From Convolutriloba macropyga (lineage: Eukaryota), in assembly GCF_964194025.1 (NCBI RefSeq), contig NC_134475.1, positions 25,420,001-25,484,000 on the forward strand: 64,000 bases of DNA, written 5' to 3'. The notes beneath the pieces were generated by a model. It worked only from the letters and a program-made list of their open reading frames with translations. It was not told the origin of the DNA and did no database searches. This document shows, piece after piece, positions 12,901-26,500 of the stretch (positions are counted from its first letter, which is position 1; each line of letters starts with the position of its first letter). The translations under genes and the position numbers were made by a program.

Positions 12901-14851
12901 AATATACTCTCATTGGTTTTTACTTTTTGTAAATATTATCTGTCATTAATTGAGCCCCGATGTGGAATTCTTCTAAGTTAAAAAAAATTACATAAGAACA
13001 TTTACAATATTTTAAAAAGTCGCGCCCCAATAAAATCTAAAATTTTATTATCGTAAGGATACATGGCGAAACCATGATTAGCCGAGATCTTGCTGCGGGT
13101 CTAACAAATGTTCATTTCTTCAAAAAGTTGCAAAATAGATCTATTTTTCCAAAAAATTTTTGAGTTTGTCAATAATGAAAATTCATGTTATGTAAATATC
13201 AAGTTTAAATTTGCATAAAAACTGGCAAATTTTTTTTCCAGAAAACTCTAAAAGCCAGTGGGTGTACAACTAACTTGTTTGTGAGCTTAAAAAGAATATG
13301 GCCGCATTTTTAGGGTATATACTTCCATAACATTTAAAGCAATTGGGCTAAAAATGCAAATTTGGCCAAAAAAAACAAATTTTTAAAAATTTAGCATAAA
13401 TTCTAGCCAAAAACCTCAAATCGAACGATTCAGCAACTCTCTTCTATCTTCAGAGATGAAATCAATAACACTGCAGTTAACAATTTTAATAAACTTAAGC
13501 AAAATTGTCGAAAATTAGGTCAAAAATACCGAAAACCAGAATAAAAACAGCTGAATTACGTCTAACATTCAGAAAAATTTAAACCTCGATAACTCCCTTT
13601 AAGAAGGGAACATTGAAAAAATCTTTTTAATTCCATATTCTACGCTGAATGGGGTTTTTAATGATACCAATCATATTTCTATGCGATGAATATCGGCCAA
13701 AATTGTCTGAACAAAAAAATAAAAAAAAAATGAGTATATAGTTGTGGGTGTGAGCATACTAAAGTGGGTTGGAACAACAAAAGTAGCAAGATTAGTTCAA
13801 ATGAAAAACTTATTGAACAGGTGTTGCAGAATGTAATGGTACCTAACTGTCAAGTTAAGTTCTAACCCATTACTTAAATATTATTGGGAAAACAGAATTG
13901 TAACATCTCAAGAACAACAATTGATACCGAATTCGAAGCAAAGTTGCAACTTGAACAAGCAACTTTTGATCGTACTATAAGGGCAATTAAGTCAAACGAA
14001 GGAGCTGAAAACAAATCATCCATTTCCTTAGGAAGCACGCGAGCTAATATGCAAGTTAAAAAAGAAATAGGAAAATGCTGATGCCCTTTATTCTCACCTG
14101 ACACATGAGCGTGAGTAACTATCCTTTGCTGAAAGTGAGCGGTTTCTTTGCCCAAGAATGCCCTATATGTCTAACTCAACTTCGAAAGAAACAAAGCAAA
14201 GAGCAGGAAAGCTTAATTACACGTTATCAGCCGGTGTTCCATATAGATTTAGACTTCGATATAGATATCGATATTGACATCGAACAGCAGTGATATCTCA
14301 AAAATTGAAGTTGCGAAACTTGATACCAAGGCCGAGGATATTCCCCGAAAATAACAGAGAAAAGAGTGTACAGAGTATTAAAAAATTTGTACACCATTAG
14401 TGCCCGCTTAAAAAGGGGGTGGCTAAAGTGTAATTCAAGCATGTTATTTTAAGTTCAAAGGTGGAATAAGGGTGGATGAACTCATTTTAATCTTTTGACA
14501 CGCTTAATATAAATTTACATTTTAATTACACCATTCGTTATATTTTTTTACACTTTTTTGATTGCACCATTAAAACGTTTTCCACTGCGTTTACACTTTA
14601 TTTCATTTTTACATCCTTTAAATTGTGAAACCTTGTTAAGCGGGTCACTAACGGGGAAAATTGCCGGCCCGGTTAACAAGCTGTTTAACTTTAGTTTTTG
14701 AGTCAATTTTTGATCCAATTGAGTAGCCCTAGTGCTCTGATATGATATCTGCGAATTAAACAAAACGAAACGTGTCCTTACAAATTAATTCACATGATTA
14801 CAAGCAGAAACAACTGATCTAAACCATCTTCTAAAGATACAGAATGGGAGC

Positions 14852-15241
14852 TGTTATACCCGTGGATATCTAACATTTCCTTTATTTATTTGATGCAGTA
14901 AAATTCATATGATGTATTTATTTAGTTCAGTTTATTTGCCCTTCATTTACATTTCAGGTTTATTCAGACCTTGTCTCAAGATATTTCTTTCCATCCTTTC
15001 TTGGTTTCCCGCTTCGGGACCAGGCATGTCTGATCACACCTTTATTACCTGCTTTCAAGTACTTGAGTTTATAGTTTCACATTCGTAATTCAAATTCAGT
15101 TTCTCCCCTCTCTTTGCAAACTCGCTCCGCAAGTAAGCGTAAACGAAATTAAGCTTGGATTTCGCTCCGCGAATCATAATTCTAAAAGTTGCAAGCGAAC
15201 TCGCGTCGCAAGTGACTGCTGAATTCCAAAAGTGTACGACA
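14852..15241 (+). repeat. 5' LTR of Gypsy element 1
   Basis: TGTTATACCCG...GTGTACGACA; direct repeat of 20925-21320. Confidence 0.92.
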
Positions 15242-18200
15242 TGGCGCAGTCAGCAAACAAACGCGCACTGTTCGGGATGGATGCATTTCGGGATAAGCCA
15301 CCACCCGATCCTCCACTTTGTTGGGAGAATGGAGAGTACATTACAAACTGGCACTTCTAGCAAAGGAGAATATCATTCTCGACACTCTACTCAGACAAAA
15401 ACCTTAGTTGGTAGATCTGCCGTTGGAACCCATTTACGAAGAAACAATAGTTGGTTCGAAGGCACAATCGGAGAGAGAAAGAAATGCCCGCAATGTCCAG
15501 CAAAAAAGTGAATTGGTAGAACAAGTGTCAACGATTGATTGAAGTCGGTATCATATGCGGAGATAAACCATGGCCACTTGCGGATCCAAAAACGGTCTCA
15601 CCTCTCTACTTGAGCATCGGGGTGGAAAGACGATGGATACTGAACTGCAAAAACCCTCACATAATGATGGATACATCGTTTACTGCGGAAATTTGGAAGA
15701 TTGTGGAAACCGCATTCTAACAACCCTGGAACATCAAGTTCAATCGTCACGTCTTTTTGATAACGAAACAGCTTCAAAGTGAAACCGTCGAACATTTTTA
15801 TGGTAAGCTAAAAGAATTAGCTGAAAATTGCGACTATGAGAATGAAAAGGAAACACTGATACGTGATGTATTCATCACTAATTTGACTGACCCTGAGATT
15901 CAAATAAAATCCCTCCAACAAATAGTAGAGCCGCGTCAGGCGTTAGAATTGGCTATTAACTTGGAACTTGGGATAGGAAACCAGCAACAAATTCAACAGC
16001 ATAACAGGACTCGGATTCCTGCAAGCGTGAACGCCATTCATTTTCCAAAAAAACCGCGATCATCAAATTGGTCATTCTCGAACAATTTCGAGAAAACGAC
16101 CAATCGTCCAACACTATATTGTTCAAATTGTGGCGGGAACTGTCTCCAAAATCATGGCAATAAATGCATCGCAAAAGAAAAAATATGTAATAATTGCGGG
16201 TTAATGAACCATTTCGCCAAGGTCTGCCGAAAACAAAACGTGAAGCTTCGAAGCACCAAGAAAAGAACCGTGAATACAGTGAATGAAGAACCGCACCCGC
16301 AAGATTTGGTGAATTTTTTTCAGTCGGTCACAATCTACAAATCTGACTACAGCAGCAGGAAGGACAATAGATTCTGACAATGACAAAGATAGAACCCCTC
16401 AATATGCCCTTCAAAATTGGTAACTTCTCAACTAATTTCCTTGTGGACCTCGGAAGCGCATGCCGCAATCTCAATCGGTCACTCGCGTTGCAAGTAGTAA
16501 AATACAGCCCACAGACTTTCTGAATTCACGAGAAAGTCAGCCCACAACTGAGGACATTCTCGAATGAACGTTGAAGGAAAAGTACAGACCCCAATTACAA
16601 GCAACGGCTGGAGCTCAAATTCAACCCCTTTCACCGTCGATCCTGATGGTCTAAAATCTCTAATTGGTAGAGATCTGTTCAATCAACAAATTCTAGCTGT
16701 AACACAATATTGTTCATTTCAAGGTAATCACGTTAACAACATTTTTTTCATCGTCAAAATTCAAAGAACATATTGCAACAAACTTTACTAATCTAATCTC
16801 GCGTATTGGAAAATCCAAAAATTAAGTGAATATATCTAATTTTCGCAAGGTTTTACAAACTAGACATCAAAAAGTTAGACGCATACCTATTAACCTTCAA
16901 GATAAGGTCAATGATGCACTCAAAAAATTATTAGATGAAAAACACATAATAAAACTTTCTAGTTGCCCTGATAAGTACTTTATATCTCCCATTATGGTCA
17001 CCGTAAGGAAAGACCAAACAAATAAACTTGCACTGGATTCAATAATTCTTAATAAAGTCATTCACAAAAACAAACATCAAATTCTTAACTTTGATACGCT
17101 CATTGAGTCTTATTGTCAAAAATTAGTGTTCCCGCATCGCAAATAACAACGTTTTTCTCTACAGTGGATTTGAAGTACGCGTACAGTCAATTAAATCTAG
17201 ATTCCTACGCAGCAAATCACTGTACCTTTATTTTAATTAGTGGCGACATGACAGGCACGTACAGATTTCAAACTGGATTTTATGGCTTAACAGATATGCC
17301 GGTAGAATTTCAAAAAGCAATGGAATATACCCTCATTGGTTAAAAGAATGCTTAATGATTTATCAAACAAATTCCGATTATAAAGAAAAGATCAGAGAAA
17401 GAACATTAACATTACGTTCTGAATTGTCTTAGGCGGTTAGATGACGAAAATCATAGGATAAACCTCTCAAAATGTCAATTCTCTAAATTAGAAATTGATT
17501 GGCTTGGATACCACATCTCACAATTGGGTATTTTGCCTATTGAGAGCAAGACCACTGCTATTTTGGCTCTTGAAGCTCCAAAGACATTAAAGAAAATCGG
17601 CTCTTTTCTGGGTTTAATGCACTACTTCAGTTAATTTATTCCAAATCTAGCCTAAATTAGTAATCCACTCCGGCCTTTTTTTAAAAAGTCATCATAATTT
17701 ATCTTGATCAATGTACAAGAAAATTGCTTCTCTGAAATAAAGAACCGGATTGCAAACGCTAAGGAAGATACCTTAACTACAACCCGCTGATCGAAACGCG
17801 CGTAAAATGTGAAGCCTTTTGTTTCGGTCTCGGAGCAGCGCTTGAACATTTAACAGTTGATGGGTGGAAACCGATTGCGTTTACATCCCAATTTCTCAAT
17901 TCATATAAAGAACCCTCTAGCGTCAATGAACTTGAACATCTCGGGATGGTTTGAACTATTGAACATTTTAAAAATTAACTCTATGGAAAAAATTATACAG
18001 AAATTACAAATCACAGAGGTCTCCTTTCTATATTGAAGGAAAATTGATCCAATAAATCATACAACAGTCGCTGCATTGATAGGCTACTTCCATTTCAATT
18101 TGTTATTGAACATTTGTCAGGGTCAAAACTGGGATGTTGAAATATTTTCACGACACCAAATCAAAAAGCTAAAAAAGTTTCCTTATATGACGAGAAATTA

Positions 18201-20627
18201 ATTGTGGAAAAATGAAACTTATCTCCGCATCAGTCAATTCACTAAATTTAAAATCTAATGAACCTGCACTTCATTTATACAATTGAATACAGGCGCACGA
18301 GCCCGCGTATCAAATCACACCAAAAACTGAGGCTACATCTAATGCGGTAAATTTAATTAGCATAAACGCTACCCGCGCGTATAAGCACGATTATTAATTA
18401 TACTCCGCACCGCAAAATCAAATTACAAATACTATTTGTAATTTCAGCAGTTTAAATGTGCATATTCCGCGTCACAAATACCACTAAACATTTCACTTGC
18501 TAAACGAAATGCAACTCAATGTAAACAATCTTTCCAAAATCGGAATGAAAAGTATCTCGCAAGGCGCGAAACTTGTTTCAATAAGTCTGGTTTCCCGCTA
18601 ATTAGGAGACATTCCAAAAATATTTCTATAGTTCACTACTCAAAAATAGCATTAGTGCTTTTTGCTTCAAATCATCCTGAAATTCAGTTGCCTAACTCTC
18701 ATTCAAATACTTCCTCATATTTTAAACGCAAATCAGATATCAATTATATTAACATAATTGAATAAAATGTGCATTTCATAAAACTCGTCACTAGAGTTTG
18801 CTTCACTGACTCCTCACGCACTACGAATCCACCCTCTACGACTTCAACCTCATCTCTCACCGCAAATCAAACGCTCAATTCCTCAAGTGCTACTTGGCGA
18901 ATCCTACCCTCATCACAACCCCAACATCTCCAACTCTGTCATCAAATGTTAGTACTCCCTAAGACACAGTCCCCAATTTCCCACATTTGATCATATTGTC
19001 AGCAAAATATTCAGTAAGTCCCTAATTGCATCCCTAACTAGCAATGACGCTGTATTGAAAGAGGTTCGAGATTGTATAAACACTAATAATGAAAGCAGAC
19101 TAAAAGCCATATATTCACTCCTATTGGAGAGATCTCCACGTTCGATCCGGCTTCGTATGTATCGAGGAAGAATTTCCGATACCTTAACTTTGTGACAATT
19201 TTCACTGGAGCCACCCAGGTACTTGAGGGATGATCTGCATGGCCACGCATTGCTGGTGGCCATAAATGTATCGTGAACTCATAGTCAAAGTTACAGAGTT
19301 CAAATCTTTCGCCACAGTCGTTAAAAAACTGAAATCTGTAATTCCCGCTAAGCAATATCGACCCCATGTACCGTGTGTTGAACCGAGTCAAGAAATGCAT
19401 ATTGGCTTTGGATGGCCTATTTTTACCGAAAAAGGCAATGAAGTTTATTTCTTATCTGCAATAGACCGTTTCTCTAAATACTCTACTGCATGTATATATG
19501 AAAAAGCTAATGAACCATTTTAAAATTTTTGGACATGTACTTCGAAATTCATGAAATTCATCGTTCTACTCGACTGAACTAAGCAAACTGTTTAGTTGAA
19601 ATCAGGTAAAGACCTTCTGTACTAGAAATAATATTCAAAATATTTAAGCTCCTGTTAATGATCATCGTGCTGTTGGTTTGGTAGAAAGATTAATTCAAAC
19701 GATTAAGATTAGACTGGCATGTAACAAAGAAGAAGAATCGGCAAATAAAGCATTTCATGTAACGCTTGCATTAAAGATTATCATTCATCAATTGCGAATC
19801 TGCAAACAGAAAACAACAAAAATCTCGCCATTCGAGGCGCACTTTGACCGTAAACTAATAGTCCATTAGGAGCATAATCTCCACTAAACCTAAATTTCTC
19901 TAATCTCTCATATGAGAATTTTGTAAACCACTAATTAGATGAAGACACAGTTACACCCGAGGCCACTCTCCCAGACAACAAAAGGATATCGGAGCGAAAT
20001 CGAAGTGGAACTCGGAATGGCTCCAAGAAGAATCTAGAGGGCTTGTTTGAGGTTTTGGCTCCAGGTTCGAACATCTTGAAAGTTAGCCTAACAACATCAA
20101 CTATATAAGAGCCCAGAAAAGCCATCGTGGCCGTAGGCAATAGTGGTAACGCTAGATTTGTGACAGTTCAGGAGCGATAAGCCTTTTTAAAAGTTTTTGC
20201 GGATCTATGTGGGCCAAGTACTTGTGGAAAATTTGTGGAATAGCCAACTCCAATCCACATAAAACAATTCAACCGAAAAATCAAGGATGACAAGAAATTG
20301 AAGCACCGCAAGCAAGATCCTGGCAGTGGGGTTTCATCTTCTCGCTCCAATATTTCACGCGCGATGCAAGGGCGCATTCTCAAATTTCCGGATTTTCTTG
20401 CGATTTGAAGTCGAAACAATGAGGAACAGACCAAATTGGCAAGCGATTTGGTTCTTCCCGCACAATCAGTATCTTCATCAGCTCTACACCAAGTGGAACC
20501 AGCATCTTTGGCAGTGCAGGGCAAGCGCAATCGACGTAGCCCTTCACACGACGGTTTTGTCAACTCGTCTTCGGACTCGACTATCGCAGCTCCACCCAAA
20601 CGACCACGCCAAGCGGGAGACATTTAA
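15241..20627 (+). pseudogene. Frameshifted gag-pol of Gypsy element 1
   Basis: ETVEHFYGKLKELAENC; CSNC..H...C and CNNCGLMNHFAKVC knuckles; LVDLGSA protease; DLKYAYSQL and YRFQTGFYGLTDMP RT motifs; SAIDRFSKY and VERLIQTIK integrase motifs; many stops. Confidence 0.9.
15242..15255 (+). promoter_or_regulatory. Primer binding site, probably tRNA-Ser
   Basis: TGGCGCAGTCAGCA immediately after the LTR terminal CA; complementary to a ...GACUGCGCCA tRNA 3' end. Confidence 0.75.
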
Positions 20628-20924
20628 AACTTCCAGCCTCCATCTACAACGGATGTAGAGACAGTACAGAGTATCGCAACCCAACAGCCCGAAGAGACCA
20701 ATATTTCTCCCGTTCTCGGAGAAGTTTTGCCACCCGGTCCCCTACTTAGATTCATAATTTAATGTTTTTTCATTTTTTAGATATGATAACCAGTACATAT
20801 ATTGTTACTATTTTTTTAACCGGGGACCAAGTATTAACTGGTAAGCATTGTTAATATTATTCTCTACATATTACAAGAAAAATTGTTCATTTCACAATTT
20901 GTCTTTCGTCGCAACAAGTGGGTA

Positions 20925-21320
20925 TGTGATGCCCGCCCGTGGATATATAACTTTTCCTTTATTTATTTGATGCAGTAAAATTTCAAGTGATGTATTTAGT
21001 TAGCTCAGTTTAGTTGCCCTTCATTTACATTTCATTTTTATTCATACCTTGTCTCAAGATATTTCATTTCATCTTTTTTTTTGGTTTCCCGCTTCGGGAC
21101 CAGACATGTCTGATCACACCTTTATTACTTGCTTTCAAGTTTTTGAGTTTATAGTTTCGCTTTCGTAATTCAATTTTAGTTGCTACCCTATCTTTGCAAA
21201 CTCGCTCCGCAAGTAAGTGTAAAGTAATTAGGCTTGGATTTTGTTCCGCAAATCATAATCCTAAAAGTTGTAAGCGATCTCGCGTCGCAATTGACTACTG
21301 AGTTTTAATAGTGTACGATA
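20925..21320 (+). repeat. 3' LTR of Gypsy element 1
   Basis: TGTGATGCCCG...GTGTACGATA preceded by PPT-like ACAAGTGGGTA. Confidence 0.92.
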
Positions 21321-21468
21321 GGAGCTGCTCCTATGCTATGAATCGGGGGAAGAGAACCAGTCGAAGATTATAGAATGACGCTGGTATTTGTATTGGAGGT
21401 AGGGCCAAAACCAACCGGCTACTACATTCAGAAAATCTAGTGAATTAGAAAAAGCACGCATTGAATCG

Positions 21469-21855
21469 TGTCGTACTCTACTTAGATTCAGTGGTCACTT
21501 GCGAAGCGCGTTAGCTTATTTCTCTCAAAAATGTGATTCGAAGTATGATTCGATCCCAATTTGAACTACTTTGGTTTACTTGCGGCGCAAGGTACAAAGT
21601 TTGCAACTTAATTCAAATTAAGAAACTGAAGTTATGACGCTCAAGTGCTTGTAATCAAATAAACAAGGTGTGATCACACATGTTTGATCTTGAAGCGGGA
21701 AGCCAAGACAAGATATAAATCAACAACATAAAATCAAGGATTGAATGAACGTGAAATGATAAATCAAGGGCAAATGAAATTGAACTAAATTAAGAGCATC
21801 TAATTAAAATATACTGCAACAATTAAATAACAAATTGTGATACATACGTAGCACA
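21469..21855 (-). repeat. 3' LTR of Gypsy element 2
   Basis: Direct repeat of 29848-30246; adjacent PPT CAAGGGGTA on the minus strand. Confidence 0.9.
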
Positions 21856-23579
21856 TACCCCTTGTTTTGACAAAGAAAAATTGTGACAATAACTATTTTT
21901 CGTATGTATAAAATAATAATACTATTTACAAATTAGTACTCGGTCCCCTGTTAAATAAAAAATAACAATATATGTGATGATTATAATAGCTAAGAAATAG
22001 GTAATATTAGTTTAAAAAGTTTATTAAGATTCAGTTTTCATCGAACTTTACTCATCCATCGTTTCTTGGTTTTCGGCTTCGAATGCCGTCACAGAGCGTA
22101 CCAGTGTCGGGGTATCAATATCCAGAAGTGATGGAACTTGACGAGCGCGTGGCAAGACGTCTTCTATTATCGGGGAGATGTTTGTTGCGTCCGGTTGTTG
22201 TTTCGCATTATGTTGGACCATTTCAATGATCGACTCAATTATCAAAGTCTCCCGATCTGCGTGGACGTTTGGGGGGAGCTGCTATTGTCGAATCAGATGA
22301 TGAGTTATCGAAGCCATAGTATAAGGGGCTGCGACGGTTTCTGTCTGACGATCTTTTAGTCTGTGTCGTTGTTGTTGTAGGTGCAGCTGATGTTGTCGGT
22401 TGAGGAGAAATGGGCTGGTCGCTATGTAAAGCAGTATTCTATTCTAACTGTTGATTGCGAATGGCGAAAAAAATGGGGATTTTTGGGATACGCCATCGCA
22501 TCGCGCGTGAAATGTTGGATTTCGAAGATGAAACCCTGCTGCCCGGGTCACGTTTGCGATGTTTCATCTTCTTTTCCCCTTTTATTTTTCGCGTAAATTC
22601 TTTAATGTGGCTTTGAATTAGTTCCTCCACCAATTTTTCTCCAGTTAGTGGTCCTCTACGGTCCGCGTACAGTTTTAACGGAGTTTCTTTATCCTACAGA
22701 TTTTCGCTATATCACTGTTCCTTACTGTTACCACGGGTATTCCGGGCTCCCTAATTGTTGATGTAGTCGGGCTTAGTTTGAGAATCTGCGATCCAGGAGT
22801 AAGCACATCATATAAGCCTTCCAAATTCTTTTTTGAACGCCGCTTGCCTTTTATTTTCCTGACTAGTTTCGTTTCCACAGCCCGTGCTTTCAGAGGAAGA
22901 GGACGGCAGGCGTTTGACCGTAGGAAGCGAGATTAGCCGTCTGTGCTTGATCATTCCCTATTGTTAGCGTCCTGCCAAGCGCGGGTCATTCCAGCTTCGA
23001 CCTCTATGTCGGTCCGATAGCCATTCACCCACTTATTGTCGGGAAGGATTTCCTCTGGCATAACTGTGTCTCCATCTAAATAGTAGTTTACAGTATTTTC
23101 ATATGAGAGATTAGACAACTTATGTTTAGTCGACATCACGCTCAGTGGGGTATTAGGTTTTGTTCCAAAGTGTGCTTCGAAGGGCGAGACCTTTGTTGTT
23201 TTTTGCTTACATACTCGCAATTGGTGAACTATTATCTTTATTGCAGACTTTACATGAAAGGCGTTATTAGTCGTGATTCCTTTTCTTTGTTGCATGCAAG
23301 TCTACTTTTAATCGTCTGAATGAGGGTTTCTACCAAACCAATAGCACGATGATCGTTTACTGGAGCTTCAATGATATCAATATTGTTTTTATTACAGAAG
23401 TTCTTTACTTGATGACCAACTAAACATTTTGCTTGATCCAATCGAATAGATCGGAGTATTCCATGATTTTCAATTTGACTGTCAAAAATTTTAGAAGGTT
23501 CATTAGCTTTGTCATTGATACAAGCAGTAGAGTATTTAGAAAAACGACTTGCACTTTGTAGCTCTTACAATAAGCTCGC

Positions 23580-26500
23580 GGTTCAGGTATGGCCACAGGC
23601 AATGCGTGGCCATGCATATCATACCCCAGGTACCCGGATGGCTGTAGTGAATGTCGTCAATTGGCTGTAGTGAACGCCTCTCGAACAACATTTGGTATTG
23701 CGATTTTTTCGTCAACGCACACACAGCCGGAACGTAAGTGGAGATTTCTATAGAATGAATGTATGTACGGGTTTAGGGCTTTAAGACGGCTTGCGTTATT
23801 TGTAAGTATACAGTCCCGTACCTCTTTCAGAACTAAGTCCTTGCTCGTTAGGGATGCGATAAGAGAATTTCTAAAAATCTTAATTACGATGTGATCGAAT
23901 GTTTTAATTTGTGGGCTAGGCGTAAGGGGGGAACTGACGTTAGAAGAGAGAGCCGGAGATGTTGGTCCTGTTATTTGTGGGGAGCTTGCTGCGCGAGTAC
24001 TGCTCGGAGAATTGAATCGTTGACGTGCGGGGGGAGTTGTATTTTAATGCGAAGATTACTGATTCGCTTAGCGGAAAGCGTCATTAAAACGAACTCTTGT
24101 GATACGCTTTTTAAAAGGCATGTCATTGTTTTTCTTGTTAATATGTTTTGTTTCTAGGATGTGTTTGGATGACAATGAATTATTTGAGTTAGAAGTGAAC
24201 GACTGATTTCCAGAATAATTTAAGGCAAAAAGCACTGATTCTATATGTGGTTAGTGACTTTTAGATATATTTGCGGAAAGCGGGAACTTAAGTTGATTGA
24301 GTTGAGCTTCGCACGTCGCGAGGGATAATTTTGGATTTTGGAAGAATTGTTTACAATGGGTTGTAGTTTGCTCTGCGAGTGAAGTGTTAAGCGGTTTTTG
24401 CGACACGGGATATGCTAAATTGTTTAAATTGTTATTTTTGTTTATAGTGTGATTTTTCTGTGCGAGTGATAAGTGAGGATTATGCTTGTGTATGCGCTTT
24501 GCGTGTGTGCTAATTAAATTTATAGTTTTAATTATAGGTTCAATTTTAAGTGTGATTTGCTCTGCGTGATCATGTGCTTGTAATAATTTATTAAAATGAA
24601 CGGCAGATGTGGTGGGTTCTGATTTAAAGGAACAGAGATAAGTTTCAATTTTGTCTCAATAAATTCATCATCATATGCAGATACTATTTTGGCTTTTTGA
24701 TTTGGGTGTCGGGATATGTAGTCTACGAAACCCATTTTTGCACCGGGCAAGTGTTCAATATCGATGTGGAACGGAAATAGCCTATCAATCCAGCGAGTTA
24801 AGCGGCTGTTACTTATAAGATCTATTTTTTTAATATAGAAAAAAGGGCTCTATGATCTGTAGTATTGACTGTGAAGTGTTTACCGTAGAGTTAATTTTTA
24901 AAATATTCAATAGAACAAACTACCCCGAGAAGTTCGAGTTCATTCACGCAATATCGTTCATCTCAAGAATTTAAAAATTGAGATGTAAATGCAATTGAAT
25001 TCCACCCATCAACAGTTGATTGTTCGAGAGCTGCCCCGAGACCGGAACCAGAGGCGTCACATTTGACACGCATTTCGAGTTGCGGGTTATTGTGACTATT
25101 TTCGGTAGCATTTGCGATGTGGTTCTTTATTTCAATAAAAGAATTTTCATGCTCCTCAAATCAGATAACTATAGATAACTTTCTTATCAGGGATCGGAGT
25201 GGGTGACTAATTTGAGCTAAAATTAGTAAAAACTTACTAATATACTGTACCGAACTCAGGAAAGAGCGGAATTTCTTTAGTGTCTTTGGAGCCTCGAGAG
25301 AAAAGATTGCATAAGTTTTGCTCTCGATGGGCGAGATGCCCGATGTGAAACATGATACCCCAACCAATCAATTTCTAGTTTTGAGAAATGACATTTTTGA
25401 AGATTGGTCCGAAGATTTTCATCATCTAAACGTTTAAGACAATTCAAAACGTTTTTATTCTGTTCGGCCTCTAATCAATTACTTACAATCAAAATATCGT
25501 CAGGACAACAATAAGTGTCTTTCAAACCAATGAGAGTATAATCCATGGTTCTTTGAAATTTTGCCGGCATATCTGTTTGAAATTCGGTTTGAAATGTCTA
25601 TGTGCCAGTCATCTCTCTACTTATTATATTGAAATTACAGTGATTTGCTGTGTTAGGATCTAAGTTTAATTGACTGTACGCATATTTCAAGTCCAGCGTC
25701 ATGAATTATGTTGTGTTCTGCGATACAGGAACACTAATTTGTTGAGAGGTATATTCGATGAGCGTATCAATCTTGGGCATCTGATACCGGTTTTTATGAA
25801 TAGCGTTATTTAGTATTTTAGAGTCCAGTGCCAGATTAATCGTTTGGTCTTTTTTATTCTAAGAACAATTTTCGTCAAATAATTTTTGGAGTTCGGTTCA
25901 GGTATGGCCACAGGCAATGCGTGGCCATGCATATAATACCCCAGGTACCCGGATGGCTGTAGTGAATGTCGTCAATGAACGCCTCTCGAACAATATTTGG
26001 TATTGCAATTTTTTCGTCAACGCACACACAGCCGGAACGTAAGTGGAGATTTCTATAGAATGAATGTATGTACGGGTTTAGGGCTTTAAGACGGCTTTCG
26101 TTATTTGTAAGTATACAGTCCCGTACCTCTTTCAGAACTATGTCCTTGCTCGTTAGGGAAGCGATAAGAGACCTTCTAAAAATCTTAATTACGATGTGAT
26201 CGAATGTTTTAATTTGTGGGCTAGGCGTAAGGGGGGAACTGACGTTAGAAGAGAGAGCCGGAGATGTTGGTCCTGTTAATTGTGGGGAGCTTGCTGCGCG
26301 AGTAATGCTCGGAGAATTGAATCGTTGACGTGCGGGGGAGTTGTATTTTGATGCGAAGATGACTGATTCGCTTAGCGGAAAGCGTCATTAAAACGAACTC
26401 TTGTGATACGCTTTTTAAAAGGCATGTCATTGTTTTTCTTGTTAATATATTTTGTTTCTAGGATGTGTTTGGATGACAATGAATTATTTGAGTTAGAAGT

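Larger units (their letters stand above)
14852..21320 (+). mobile_element. Full-length decayed Ty3/Gypsy LTR retrotransposon (Mag-like), element 1
   Basis: Two ~390-bp LTRs; perfect 5-bp TSD GGAGC (14847-14851 and 21321-21325); PBS; gag with two CCHC knuckles, then protease, RT, RNase H and integrase in Gypsy order. Confidence 0.95.

Noticed and set aside
13884-14293. Short ORFs with CPIC and a DIDIDID tract as a host gene
   Set aside because: Interrupted by a stop and frameshift, with no recognisable domain or clear splice structure.
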